From: Pseudomonadota bacterium
GTDB lineage: Bacteria > Bdellovibrionota > Bdellovibrionia > Bdellovibrionales > Bdellovibrionaceae
Assembly (NCBI GenBank): GCA_041178425.1
Contig: JBEGVH010000009.1
Span: 64,001-128,000, forward strand
DNA length: 64,000 nucleotides
Direction of reading: 5' to 3'
The notes under the pieces were generated by a model. That model saw only the letters and a program-made list of their open reading frames with translations, searched no databases and was not told the origin of the DNA. The position numbers and the translations under genes were made by a program. Positions 1-9,433 of this stretch are shown piece by piece (the first letter of the stretch is position 1; each line of letters starts with the position of its first letter).

Positions 1-1
1 G

Positions 2-406
2 AAGGAGAAAACTCCCGAGGGTGTCGCCATTGATCAAATTCAAGTGCCCGAATGGATTCTCCCCAGCGAACAAAACCCCGATGAATTGGTTGTGATCTCG
101 CACATGTGGGATGAAATTCGTCGCCTCATGTGGAATTACGTAGGAATTGTTCGTTCCAACAAACGGCTCGAACGTGCACAACACCGTCTCGAGAATATTC
201 TAAACGAAGTGAGAGACTACTACTCGCACCTTCAACTTAGCTCCGATATTTTGGAGCTGAGAAACATTGCTATCGTCGCTGATCTCACCATTCGCTGCGC
301 TCTCAAACGCAAAGAATCTCGGGGCATTCACTACACCATCGATTATCCTCCGCGAGCCGATCACGAGTTGCCGCCGAAAGATTCGATTCTGTTAAGAGGT
401 CTCTAG
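2..406 (+). CDS. nadB: L-aspartate oxidase, C-terminal part (truncated by window start)
   Basis: Frame is open from position 2. MWNYVGIVRS...L.ELRN...ALKRKESRGIHYTIDYP is the NadB/fumarate-reductase C-terminal signature. Confidence 0.9.
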   Translation, partial: KEKTPEGVAIDQIQVPEWILPSEQNPDELVVISHMWDEIRRLMWNYVGIVRSNKRLERAQHRLENILNEVRDYYSHLQLSSDILELRNIAIVADLTIRCALKRKESRGIHYTIDYPPRADHELPPKDSILLRGL

Positions 407-422
407 ATATCTGCAATCGAAT

Positions 423-1328
423 TTATCGTTCAAAGATCACAAGAAAACGCGAAGCGGAGCAATAGCTGGCACTATAGGCTTGATTGGAATTGGCACAAAA
501 ATCAGTCCCACTCGCATTATAGGCATTGTAATAGGGAAAATTACTAAAATTCGTCGCATCGGATCCTCCTATGCAAAGACCAAAACGACCATAGGACGAT
601 GTTGTGGTTGACCAAATGTCGCAAGAATAACTTGAAAAATTATTATACCCATAGATGAGACTCGAGGCCGATGAGACTGTGCTGTTAGTGAGATTGGTGA
701 TGGTTAAACTCACCGTAGCCTGTGTGACAGTGAAGGGATTAAAACCCGAGGGCTTTGTAAATTTGAAGCGACTATTAATCGGAGTGAAAGTCGTCGACTC
801 AGAGGCATAAAAAACCATCACCTCGCTCGCCGAGCTATTGATGTTCTCACTCAAAAACTGACTCGCAGTTGTATACAAACTTGTATTGGCTGACCCCTTA
901 AAATTGAGCGTCCACCCACCTCCATTGGTCGTCATATCACAAAAGGTTGAAAAGGCCGCGATCCCCCCGGGACCATCTGGATCAATCGTATAGTTTCCGC
1001 TGGTAGTTATTTTACCGTAATCAAGAAGGAGCTTGCAATTGGTCGCATTGGTCTCTGAGGTAGTAACATTGGCAGGCTTTTTCGTCAGAAATGCATTCCA
1101 CTCGGTCGCCGTTTTAGTTGGAACAAACAAATTGAGTCCAGAACTATTCACCACCTTATACCATTTGGCTGTACCAGCTCCTGCCCCTTCAAACACATAA
1201 ATCGTTTTTGTTACCCCGCTCGATAGACTATAGCCAGTCGTATAATCCTCAGCCTTGGCGATGTGGCTGAAGGCACTCAAGAAGCAAAGAATTTGAAAAA
1301 TAGTGTTACAAACAGCAACAAACTTCAT
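423..1328 (-). CDS. Secreted fibrinogen-like (FReD) domain surface protein, putative adhesin
   Basis: NCK...SGNYTIDPDGPGG...FCDMTTNGGGWTL is the fibrinogen-related motif; Ser/Thr-rich. A signal peptide (MKFVAV...IAKA) fits an ATG at 1328 rather than the ORF-track start at 1412. Confidence 0.75.
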   Translation of the reverse strand: MKFVAVCNTIFQILCFLSAFSHIAKAEDYTTGYSLSSGVTKTIYVFEGAGAGTAKWYKVVNSSGLNLFVPTKTATEWNAFLTKKPANVTTSETNATNCKLLLDYGKITTSGNYTIDPDGPGGIAAFSTFCDMTTNGGGWTLNFKGSANTSLYTTASQFLSENINSSASEVMVFYASESTTFTPINSRFKFTKPSGFNPFTVTQATVSLTITNLTNSTVSSASSLIYGYNNFSSYSCDIWSTTTSSYGRFGLCIGGSDATNFSNFPYYNAYNASGTDFCANSNQAYSASYCSASRFLVIFER

Positions 1329-1578
1329 TCGAAAATTCTGATTTATTTGAGCATAGCTTAGCAAGTTAAATTCTTCGAACCGAAGCTCCCGAGGGCTTTT
1401 TGGGAACTCCATAAATTTTACTTATTTACAGCGGGGGCCAATTTTTGGCAACCGCGCTACCGAATCCAAAAATTCTTCTCAAATATATTCAATTTAGACA
1501 GCTCTCGATGGCACCTTTTGATGGCACGAAAACTGTATCGAGCGATGCACAACCTCGAAATAGCAAGGACCTTGACCC

Positions 1579-4404
1579 ATGACGAAATTAGGCCCAAAGA
1601 CCCTGCTCTACACTCGCGCCATCTTGCTGTGGGCTCTTTTTGTCTTGTCTTTTGCTTTCATAACAACCGAACCCGTTCAAGCCAGTCCCTATGCATTTGG
1701 AGGCGGTGCTTGTAAAACCCAAGGAACCTGGACCGAAAATGCTATCTCTGCCGCAAGAGATCTCAGCACCGTAGTGGAAGGTCTACGAAACGCTGAAGGC
1801 TGCGGACAACTCGCTCACGCTCTTGAAACCTACGTAAAAAGCTTAAACGACAATCTCCGCTCGGTCGAGGAGTACCAAACTCAAACGTCTCGAATGAGCA
1901 CAGTGCAAGATGAAATTGTCGCTTCTCGACAGTACGCCAAGCATCCCGAACTTGGTAGCATCGCTAGTCAATCGATGATTTCAGGAATCAACGAGCTGGC
2001 TGCGCTATCCGTTGGAGGCTCCGTTCAAGACAATAACCGAAGCGAAACCACCACAAGTAACAGCAGATCTTCTCTCCCCGATCTCGGATCTCGGGCTTTT
2101 CGCGTAGGAAAAACTGGTATCGCTCTCACCGACAAAATTTTAGATGCAATGACCGCCGAGGAGATGAAATGCCTTTCTTCTCCTAATCTGATGGGCCCCT
2201 TCTTTACGGCCATGGTACAGCTGAGTGCATCTCTTGTTAATTCCGGCCAAGATTTTTTTGGCAAAGACGTCAGCAGTTTAGTTAACAAAATAACGTCTCT
2301 CGCAAGAACAGTTCACTTCGATCGCATCAACAGAGATCTCAATTGGCTTAACTATCAAAACTCTATGTCGTGCCTGATCGACACTCTATCAGAGGGCTAT
2401 TGTTCAACACTTGATGCCCAAGTACTTTTTAATGAAGAAATGCAAAGAGCCAAACCTATTTCTTGGGCTTGGGACTCGGGCAATAGCTCCAAAGAATGGC
2501 GCGAAAATAAATCAACTCCTTCCGGCAACCCAGAGGCACTAAAGAACTCAATTTTCGAAGGCTACTACGTGCTCACTCAACAGTTACCTGTTGTGACCGC
2601 CTTTCTTGAAAGAATTCAGCGTGGAATCCCACCAAAGAATTATTCTGATGCCAATTTTCAAAATAAAATTCAATCGAATACATTTGGGTACTTTCTTAAT
2701 GAAAGAAACATCGTTGCCGAATGGAATGAGGCACGAACAACCATTACACAAATGACGAGCCTCGAAGCTCAGAAGTCGGCAATCGCCGATACTCTCAAAA
2801 AGCTCGCTCGACTTATCGTAACCCGAAGCGATGCTGAGAGTTCGGGCCTAAACTTTCTCGACCGAGTGACTAACCCTCGCAAAGTGATTTTTCAACTTAT
2901 GGGAAGAGAGATACCCCCAGAGGTTATTGGTAAAAATGGAATGCAGATCGGCCCCGAAAGCTGGCTCGATGTTAACTTTTCTCACTTTATTGGTGATCCT
3001 GGCGCTGCGATGGCGGAGATTTCTAAAAATCTCGATGCGCTTCTTGCGAGCGCCAACCAGGCCGCAGTGGAGTATTACAACTATTGGTTTATCGCAGACC
3101 AACCAGGCCTGATGATCGATTCACTCACGGGAATGACTTACAATATTCCTGAAGCTCTAACAGGGATCCGTGATTATTTAGTGCATTTCTCTAAACAAGA
3201 CTATGTCGATGCTGCTGTTCTGCCGGCCGTCTATGAGACCATCGAAAAAATTAATCGCATTCTGAGTCAATTTCAAAAACTAAGAGAAACTGGTCTCGAT
3301 CTTCAAAAAAAATATGGAGATCTTGATCAGTATCCCATCGAAAAACGACGAGAGCTCCTAGGCAAAGCAATTAATCAATACAAAGACCTCATCGAAATAT
3401 TCTATAACGAATTTATTATTTTAAAAGCTCGTTCGAGTTTTTTGGTCAATCGATTAACTAGTTTTGTGAAAATTGACTATCAAAAGCGACTTCGCCGCAA
3501 AAACTTCGACCCCGCCCAAGACAACGAAGTCTTGCGCGAAATATATTATGCTACCGGAGATCTCGTTTTTGAACGTATGCGGCTTATCTCTTCGAAAAAT
3601 CCAGCAGAGATTGACTCCGATCTTAATCTTGCACAAAGAACTTATTTACAATCCTTACGTTCACTCGAGGACCTCGTAAAGGATAGTTTTGCTGCCGCCA
3701 TTGCTCAGATGAAAATGGAAGTGGAAGGAGTTGATACAACCACCACGGGAATCTTCGAAGACAGTATCATTAGAGCCAATCGTGATTCTGATGCCAGTAC
3801 CGTAGCCCTATGGCAAGCGTGGCTCAGCGATCGGATTTACGATCATTTACCCACATTTCTAAAACCCATCGAAAAACGAACTTGGGATTATCGTGCAGCC
3901 GACAAAATTTACGGCACAGCCCGAATGTACCTTAATCCTGATCGCTATCCCGGAATGTACGCCCTTAACCCCGTAAGAATTTTCTCCAAGAGAGAAGCTC
4001 CTGGTGTGCAGGAAAATGCTAATGGCGCTATTCAAAAAACGTTATCTCTTTTTTGTATTCAATCGTTGGCTTTCCGCGATCAAGGCCCATTTGCACAGAT
4101 CTGCAAAGGGGTCGTATTAAAATCTCCGATCATCGACGATACCTTCAGATCGAAGAATCCTGACTTTCCCTATTTGAATTTTCTCGATGTGTCTTATGAG
4201 CAAATTCAAAATGCTTACCTCCAAACGATCGGCGACGCTAAAAAGAATCTTCCTCAGTTATTTCCAGACCTAAATGAGCCCATTGGGGATGCTAAGCTTC
4301 GTCGATCAAAGAATTTTGATGCCCGTGTCTGTGCTCTCCGCCAACGCAATCGAAACAACTACATCATGTACCTAACTCAAGGACAGTACGGAAACAGAAA
4401 TTAG
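1579..4404 (+). CDS. Large secreted hypothetical protein (941 aa, predominantly helical)
   Basis: Long ORF, AAGGA RBS, signal peptide ending VQA, paired Cys; no recognised family. Confidence 0.8.
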   Translation: MTKLGPKTLLYTRAILLWALFVLSFAFITTEPVQASPYAFGGGACKTQGTWTENAISAARDLSTVVEGLRNAEGCGQLAHALETYVKSLNDNLRSVEEYQTQTSRMSTVQDEIVASRQYAKHPELGSIASQSMISGINELAALSVGGSVQDNNRSETTTSNSRSSLPDLGSRAFRVGKTGIALTDKILDAMTAEEMKCLSSPNLMGPFFTAMVQLSASLVNSGQDFFGKDVSSLVNKITSLARTVHFDRINRDLNWLNYQNSMSCLIDTLSEGYCSTLDAQVLFNEEMQRAKPISWAWDSGNSSKEWRENKSTPSGNPEALKNSIFEGYYVLTQQLPVVTAFLERIQRGIPPKNYSDANFQNKIQSNTFGYFLNERNIVAEWNEARTTITQMTSLEAQKSAIADTLKKLARLIVTRSDAESSGLNFLDRVTNPRKVIFQLMGREIPPEVIGKNGMQIGPESWLDVNFSHFIGDPGAAMAEISKNLDALLASANQAAVEYYNYWFIADQPGLMIDSLTGMTYNIPEALTGIRDYLVHFSKQDYVDAAVLPAVYETIEKINRILSQFQKLRETGLDLQKKYGDLDQYPIEKRRELLGKAINQYKDLIEIFYNEFIILKARSSFLVNRLTSFVKIDYQKRLRRKNFDPAQDNEVLREIYYATGDLVFERMRLISSKNPAEIDSDLNLAQRTYLQSLRSLEDLVKDSFAAAIAQMKMEVEGVDTTTTGIFEDSIIRANRDSDASTVALWQAWLSDRIYDHLPTFLKPIEKRTWDYRAADKIYGTARMYLNPDRYPGMYALNPVRIFSKREAPGVQENANGAIQKTLSLFCIQSLAFRDQGPFAQICKGVVLKSPIIDDTFRSKNPDFPYLNFLDVSYEQIQNAYLQTIGDAKKNLPQLFPDLNEPIGDAKLRRSKNFDARVCALRQRNRNNYIMYLTQGQYGNRN

Positions 4405-4560
4405 GCGAACTTTTCCGTTAAAAACCGACGTTGGTCTAGATTGTCATTCCTTCGTCAACTTCCAACCACTTTTCGCCGATCTGGTAAGGGACTTTGTTGG
4501 AGGTATACAACGCATGGGAGATGTATGGTGAATTTCGATGAAGCCAAATCCAAAAGGCAA

Positions 4561-5043
4561 ATGCCCGTGGCCGATCCCAAACTTGATCTTATTTTTGAAC
4601 GCACTTCCAACCTTAGCGTTGAACAAGTGTGGAAGGGTTGGACTGATCCCGAAACCCTAATGAAGTGGTTCTGCCCTCGCCCATGGAAAGTCACCTCTTG
4701 CCGCACCGATTTGAGAGCCGGTGGAGAGTTTCACACCATCATGGAAGGTCCTAACGGTGAACGAAATATCGGTGATGGGTGTTACCTAGAGGTGGTCCCT
4801 TACAAAAAGCTTGTTTGGACCAATATGATGTCAAAAGACTATCGCCCAAACCCAGCGGACGTGATGGGTTTTCCCTTTGTCGTCACAGTTGAATTTGAGT
4901 CAGCACCTCAAGGTTCCATTTATCGGGCGACCGTTCAACACAGCGACTCTGAAGGGCGCAGCACCCACGAAAAAATGGGATTTCAAGAGGGCTGGGGCAT
5001 GGCTTTTAATCAGCTCATTGAGCACTACAGCTCTGTTAAATAA
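4561..5043 (+). CDS. SRPBCC/AHSA1-like (START-fold) protein
   Basis: DLIFER...VWKGWTDPE.LMKWFCPRPW...DLRAGG...HEKMGFQEGWG is the AHSA1 pattern. The ATG at 4561 with AAAGG upstream is the likely start. Confidence 0.85.
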   Translation: MPVADPKLDLIFERTSNLSVEQVWKGWTDPETLMKWFCPRPWKVTSCRTDLRAGGEFHTIMEGPNGERNIGDGCYLEVVPYKKLVWTNMMSKDYRPNPADVMGFPFVVTVEFESAPQGSIYRATVQHSDSEGRSTHEKMGFQEGWGMAFNQLIEHYSSVK

Positions 5044-5046
5044 AAT

Positions 5047-6231
5047 CTAGTTTTGCATTTGCTTTTTTAGTTGGAGCGCAGCCATGGCGTAGCCGCCATC
5101 GGCGCCATCAATAAAATGAATATGTCCGTTATTGCTAGGATCTTTAGCAACGCAGGTCATTAAGGCATGGGCACTTTTGTGCAATCCAAAAATGACTTTG
5201 TTCTCTCGATGCAAGGTTTCTAGAAGATGCCTGATTTGAATAATTTCTTCAGGAGAACAATCAAGCACCATTCTCAGCGTTTCATCAAACTTTTTAGAAT
5301 CCGAGTTGAGGATCACCTCTTTTTTATATTTCTCAGGTCTAAACGATCCTAATGGAAAATTAAAGTTCAAACTTAAATTGGCCACCAAACTCGAAACACA
5401 AGAGAAGAACCAGCGAAACACAAAATTACCACTCATTCGAAGCTTTGCTTCCGCTGTGACAGTGTGAGGCACCAAGGGCCAGGAGAGATTGTTCAAACTT
5501 ACGGGCGAAGCATTGGTAAAATTTTGATTTAGAATTTGTGATAACTGCGAAACAAGGTCTTTCAATATCTCGCCCTGTTGAGTGCTATCCCCTTTTGGCT
5601 TACACAAGACCGTTAGCATTTCTCCTCGTAGGGAGCGAAGAGGAGTTAATCGACAAGACAGACCATCCAGAGGATGTGTGGTCTTTTGATAAAGCTCATC
5701 TTCTGCCATCTCGATATGCTGAACGCGAGGATCATTCGACTTCATGAGATGCTCAGCAAACGACAAGCCACCCCCCCGAAACTGAGCAAGAGAGTGTTGA
5801 GGACTCAACTGAAACTTCGCAATAAAGACGTCCTGCTGCATTTCATTTAACAAAGAAAGGGGCACACTCGAGACTCTCAGATCGATGTTGAACTCCTCTT
5901 GAGCCATGCGTTTGAGTCGTCTCAACTCATCCAGAAGAGGAGCTAAGAGGGTGTTTGGCACTAAGAGGGTGGCGCCATCTCCACCAAACACAAAGGGGAC
6001 TTCGGTCGACCCAGCCACATTGATAAAAGCGGTTATGGTGGCAGCCCCAATGAGATTCACGTTTTTGTATTGACCACTTTGAATAGCCTTGGTGGAACCC
6101 TTGATATCCGAAAGCACGAGCGTCCAATCAGAGGGCACCTTTGCAAACATTTGTGATTCACTGACCGCCGAAAAATTATCGAAGGCCGGGAGATTGAGGT
6201 AAAATAAAAACTCAAGCTTGTGGTCTGGCAC
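5047..6231 (-). CDS. DUF3095 family protein (nucleotide-cyclase-like fold)
   Basis: DIKGSTKAI..G.YK.VN..GA, PFVFGGDGA, GLSCR, KFDETLRMVLDC and HIHFIDGADGGYAMAA match DUF3095. Confidence 0.85.
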   Translation of the reverse strand: MPDHKLEFLFYLNLPAFDNFSAVSESQMFAKVPSDWTLVLSDIKGSTKAIQSGQYKNVNLIGAATITAFINVAGSTEVPFVFGGDGATLLVPNTLLAPLLDELRRLKRMAQEEFNIDLRVSSVPLSLLNEMQQDVFIAKFQLSPQHSLAQFRGGGLSFAEHLMKSNDPRVQHIEMAEDELYQKTTHPLDGLSCRLTPLRSLRGEMLTVLCKPKGDSTQQGEILKDLVSQLSQILNQNFTNASPVSLNNLSWPLVPHTVTAEAKLRMSGNFVFRWFFSCVSSLVANLSLNFNFPLGSFRPEKYKKEVILNSDSKKFDETLRMVLDCSPEEIIQIRHLLETLHRENKVIFGLHKSAHALMTCVAKDPSNNGHIHFIDGADGGYAMAALQLKKQMQN

Positions 6232-6295
6232 TCATTGCCCCCTTCTCTTCAAAACTCTATTTTAGGCAGACTGCACCTAAATTCAACTCCAAAAG

Positions 6296-6311
6296 TGGTG
6301 CACCTCTTGCA
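6296..6311 (+). promoter_or_regulatory. Candidate sigma-54 (-24/-12) promoter
   Basis: TGGTGCACCTCTTGCA has GG-N10-GC spacing and lies ~65 nt upstream of ORF 6377. Confidence 0.45.
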
Positions 6312-6376
6312 ACGAGTGATAAATCCGAACGGTTTAGTTCCCAGGAACTATGGCCCTTTCGTTTTGAGGTAAAATA

Positions 6377-7531
6377 ATGTCGAAAAATTCGTCAGCGGGG
6401 CCCAAAATGCAGTTGAGAGAAAACACCATGGTCATTTTGAGCCTAGCAGGCCTCATCCTTGGAGGAAGTGTCCCCGCTGCGGCGAATCCCCTAGCGGTCG
6501 ATCGTTGTCAAACATCTCTTCAGTTCAATGACAACAAAAAGAGTGATCCAAGTGAGCCATTTCCGACCAATCCGCGCCTGAGTGTTCTTCTTGAAAATGG
6601 CGATGCTTTTAGTAAAGATGGAATTTCTCCTTTTTTTTATGGTTCGAGCTTTCGCCAACAATTTGAAATCGCTCAAAAACAATTGAGAATTCTCGGGGTT
6701 GAATTTGAAATTGAACAATCGAATGGGATTATCGAAAAGCTCCTCAAAAAACCAAAACTTATCATCAGGGCCAGCAAAAACGGAAGCCAGCTCAATCAAC
6801 TAGCCTTTGCCTTAAAAAAATCTCTTGGTGTTAGCCTTATTTACAAACCCCACGATTTGGGAAACACGGTCGCAGCCTACTATTTGGATTTTACCAAAGA
6901 GATCTGCCTTTCTCACAACAACATTATGTCGGGCAAACTCGATATCACCACCTTTCACGAAATCAGGCATGCGGCGCTCTCCTCAAAACTCGCAAGAGGC
7001 AACCCAACACTTTACGAAGGCAACTACCACAACTCAGGCAAAGTAAACAAAGATGATACCTATGGTAGCTATCTTTCGTTTCAAGAAATTTCGACCTACA
7101 GCCAAGATGCTAAATACGCTCACCGAGCCGTCTATGATCCATCAGCCGATAAACTGAGTGATGCCGACTACCGAACACTGGCTAGAAATGCAGGCTATGA
7201 AATCAGACATGCGGGCCTCATTATCAAAAAAGCGCAAGAGCACATTCAAGAGGCCCTCCATCTCGTCAATTCCGGAAAAGGCACCATTCACCTTGTTGAT
7301 TCGAATGACCGATTTCTCGTTTTGGAACTGATAATGAACGATGACGTCAGATTCGATTTTGCCATTCCATTGGAGGCACCCATCAACGAGATGTCGTCAC
7401 CACTGAGAGAATTATTAAGTCAACACATCAGAAAACTCGACAACTTGGCAGGAGAAAAACGAGATTACGTTCGAGAGCTCTATAAAGACCTCATCGATGA
7501 TGGACTGATAAAAATAAAAAAGAAGGAATGA
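6377..7531 (+). CDS. Secreted hypothetical protein with HExxH motif (possible zinc metalloprotease)
   Basis: Signal-like segment ending PAAA, FHEIRH motif, downstream QE candidate third ligand; GAGG RBS. Confidence 0.65.
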   Translation: MSKNSSAGPKMQLRENTMVILSLAGLILGGSVPAAANPLAVDRCQTSLQFNDNKKSDPSEPFPTNPRLSVLLENGDAFSKDGISPFFYGSSFRQQFEIAQKQLRILGVEFEIEQSNGIIEKLLKKPKLIIRASKNGSQLNQLAFALKKSLGVSLIYKPHDLGNTVAAYYLDFTKEICLSHNNIMSGKLDITTFHEIRHAALSSKLARGNPTLYEGNYHNSGKVNKDDTYGSYLSFQEISTYSQDAKYAHRAVYDPSADKLSDADYRTLARNAGYEIRHAGLIIKKAQEHIQEALHLVNSGKGTIHLVDSNDRFLVLELIMNDDVRFDFAIPLEAPINEMSSPLRELLSQHIRKLDNLAGEKRDYVRELYKDLIDDGLIKIKKKE

Positions 7532-7567
7532 GTCACCTTTAATCAAAAAACTTAAGGGCCTAATGTT

Positions 7568-7876
7568 TTATTTTTTATCAGAGTATTTCGCTTCGAGATA
7601 ATCGATTATAATCTTTTGATCGCCTTCCGAAATAGGCGCACCATAGGATTGAACCATTTTATGCACGGTTTTCTCCCACCCAGCTCGATTCATCACCGGA
7701 GCATTTGTTTTGATATACTCTAAACTGTGGCAAATAATACAATAGGCAGCAACCTTTTCACCGCCCACTCCCTCTAATAATGGTTCCAACGGAGGATTTT
7801 TAACCTCCCCCGCCCACAAGAAAATGGTCTGTCCGCAAACCAAAAAAAGTGCAATAAAACTCATTTTTTTCATCAT
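7568..7876 (-). CDS. sorB: Monoheme cytochrome c, SorB-like subunit
   Basis: Signal peptide, CIICH heme motif, W...V.KM...YGAPI pattern; directly downstream of a sulfite oxidase-family gene. Start at ATG 7876 or 7873 after GGAG. Confidence 0.8.
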   Translation of the reverse strand: MMKKMSFIALFLVCGQTIFLWAGEVKNPPLEPLLEGVGGEKVAAYCIICHSLEYIKTNAPVMNRAGWEKTVHKMVQSYGAPISEGDQKIIIDYLEAKYSDKK

Positions 7877-7887
7877 ACAAGCTCCCA

Positions 7888-9081
7888 TCACTCGCCAACG
7901 ACTTGAATAGACTGGATCGCGTTATTATGGTATCCCGAAGGGTTGTGGACGGGACTCGTCGGTTGATTTTCTCCAGCGTCGTTCGTCGCTCTGGCCATAA
8001 CTTGATATTCGCTGCCTTTGTTGGGCGAAAATTTAAATGAAAAAGGGCGCCACGAATATTTACCTGGCTGCTCTCCCAATGTCGCCAAACTCCAATTTTT
8101 TCCAGCATCAATAGAAACTTCTACTTTTTGAATTCCATGACCACCATCCCAAGCAAATCCTTGGACACTGAATTCACTGCCACTCTTCAACTTCGCACCC
8201 TCTTTGAGATTGGTAATGAGTGAATTAATGAGTAACGATGAGATTGGAACCGATTTTTCATCTTCCTGCGAAGCAAAGCCTTTCTCCACCGTTGGAAACT
8301 TTCCTTTTTCAATCCGATAAGCTTTCTTCATCCAAAAATTATCTGAAGGCTTCGTTAGCGCTTCAATCGAAACCACCTCCTTAACCCAGTAACTCGCCAC
8401 CCAACCAGGAACGATGAGCCTCACCGGAAACCCATTACCCTTGGGCAGAGGTGCACCATTCAGCTCATAGGCAAGCAAGGTAGAGTCATCCATAGCTCTC
8501 TCGATTGGTATACTCTTCACGAAATCGGGGGTTCCCGGCAAGGTTGGAAAATCAGCACCGTTAAAAGCAATCTCGATAGTCTTTGGATTTATTCCTGCCC
8601 GCTGCAATACTTCTTTTAACCGAACGCCTCTCCACAAACCATTTCCAATGGCACCCTTACCCCACTGCACCCCTGGCACCCTTGGGTTAAACTCAGAACG
8701 GCGATTGCCTGCACACATTGACACCGCAGAAACCTCAACAGCAGTAAAGTCTTTCTTTAGTTTCGCCAAACTTAATTTGAATGGCTTTTCGAAACCCTCA
8801 CCATGAATTGAAATTTCCCATTTTTTTTCTACGACTTCTGTTGAATTGGGAAGATGACTGCGAACAAAGAATTTGTTGTTTGGTGTGTAGAGTGTATTGA
8901 GCTCTTCAATCGGTGTTTCGTAGTTGTGGGGGCGATCCGTCTGACGAATTAGGTCTGTTTCAAGATTTTTCTTGGGGGAGACAGCCTTCGAACCAGCAAC
9001 ACTCAATTCAGCCAAGCCTAAACAATTAAATGCTATTAAAAACAAATAACAAAAGTGGGATCCAAAGCTAAATAACTTCAT
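7888..9081 (-). CDS. sorA: Sulfite oxidase-family molybdoenzyme, SorA-like sulfite:cytochrome c oxidoreductase
   Basis: FFVRSH, Mo-ligating CAGNRR, WGKGAIGN, NGFPVRLIVPGW.ASYWVK, Ig-like dimerisation domain ending HNPSGYHNN. Confidence 0.85.
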   Translation of the reverse strand: MKLFSFGSHFCYLFLIAFNCLGLAELSVAGSKAVSPKKNLETDLIRQTDRPHNYETPIEELNTLYTPNNKFFVRSHLPNSTEVVEKKWEISIHGEGFEKPFKLSLAKLKKDFTAVEVSAVSMCAGNRRSEFNPRVPGVQWGKGAIGNGLWRGVRLKEVLQRAGINPKTIEIAFNGADFPTLPGTPDFVKSIPIERAMDDSTLLAYELNGAPLPKGNGFPVRLIVPGWVASYWVKEVVSIEALTKPSDNFWMKKAYRIEKGKFPTVEKGFASQEDEKSVPISSLLINSLITNLKEGAKLKSGSEFSVQGFAWDGGHGIQKVEVSIDAGKNWSLATLGEQPGKYSWRPFSFKFSPNKGSEYQVMARATNDAGENQPTSPVHNPSGYHNNAIQSIQVVGE

Positions 9082-9433
9082 TTTATCCTCTGTGATGTTT
9101 TCTTAGAACCTTTTCGTTCATTGACTCTGAAACTATAGTAATGAAAGAGCCTTCGTCCAGCACAAAACGTGGTCCTCAATGAAGGTCTAACTCGATGAGG
9201 GGCCGATCAACTGAAGTCAACTCTTCTTCTCAAAATACAACATCTGGTTCCGAGACAGTGACCCCCTTTAACCATTTTAACTTTGACCGCCGGAACACGA
9301 ATCAACTAACCTTTAGTGGAAGCTAGGGTGCATTTACAATTGAGACACCATAGTTAGATAAAGTAAACGATGTGCTGGGACATGGTTTCCCATTCGGTAC
9401 TGGCTAAAATAAAACATGAGAAGGAGTTCATAA

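Noticed and set aside
1520..1536. Sigma-54 promoter TGGCACGAAAACTGTA upstream of the 941-aa gene
   Set aside because: Good -24 element, but the -12 reads GT instead of the near-invariant GC; not listed as a feature.
9082..9433. Regulator binding site (FNR, ModE, sigma-54) in the divergent sorA/rhodanese promoter region
   Set aside because: No convincing palindrome or consensus found by eye, and no regulator gene lies in the island.
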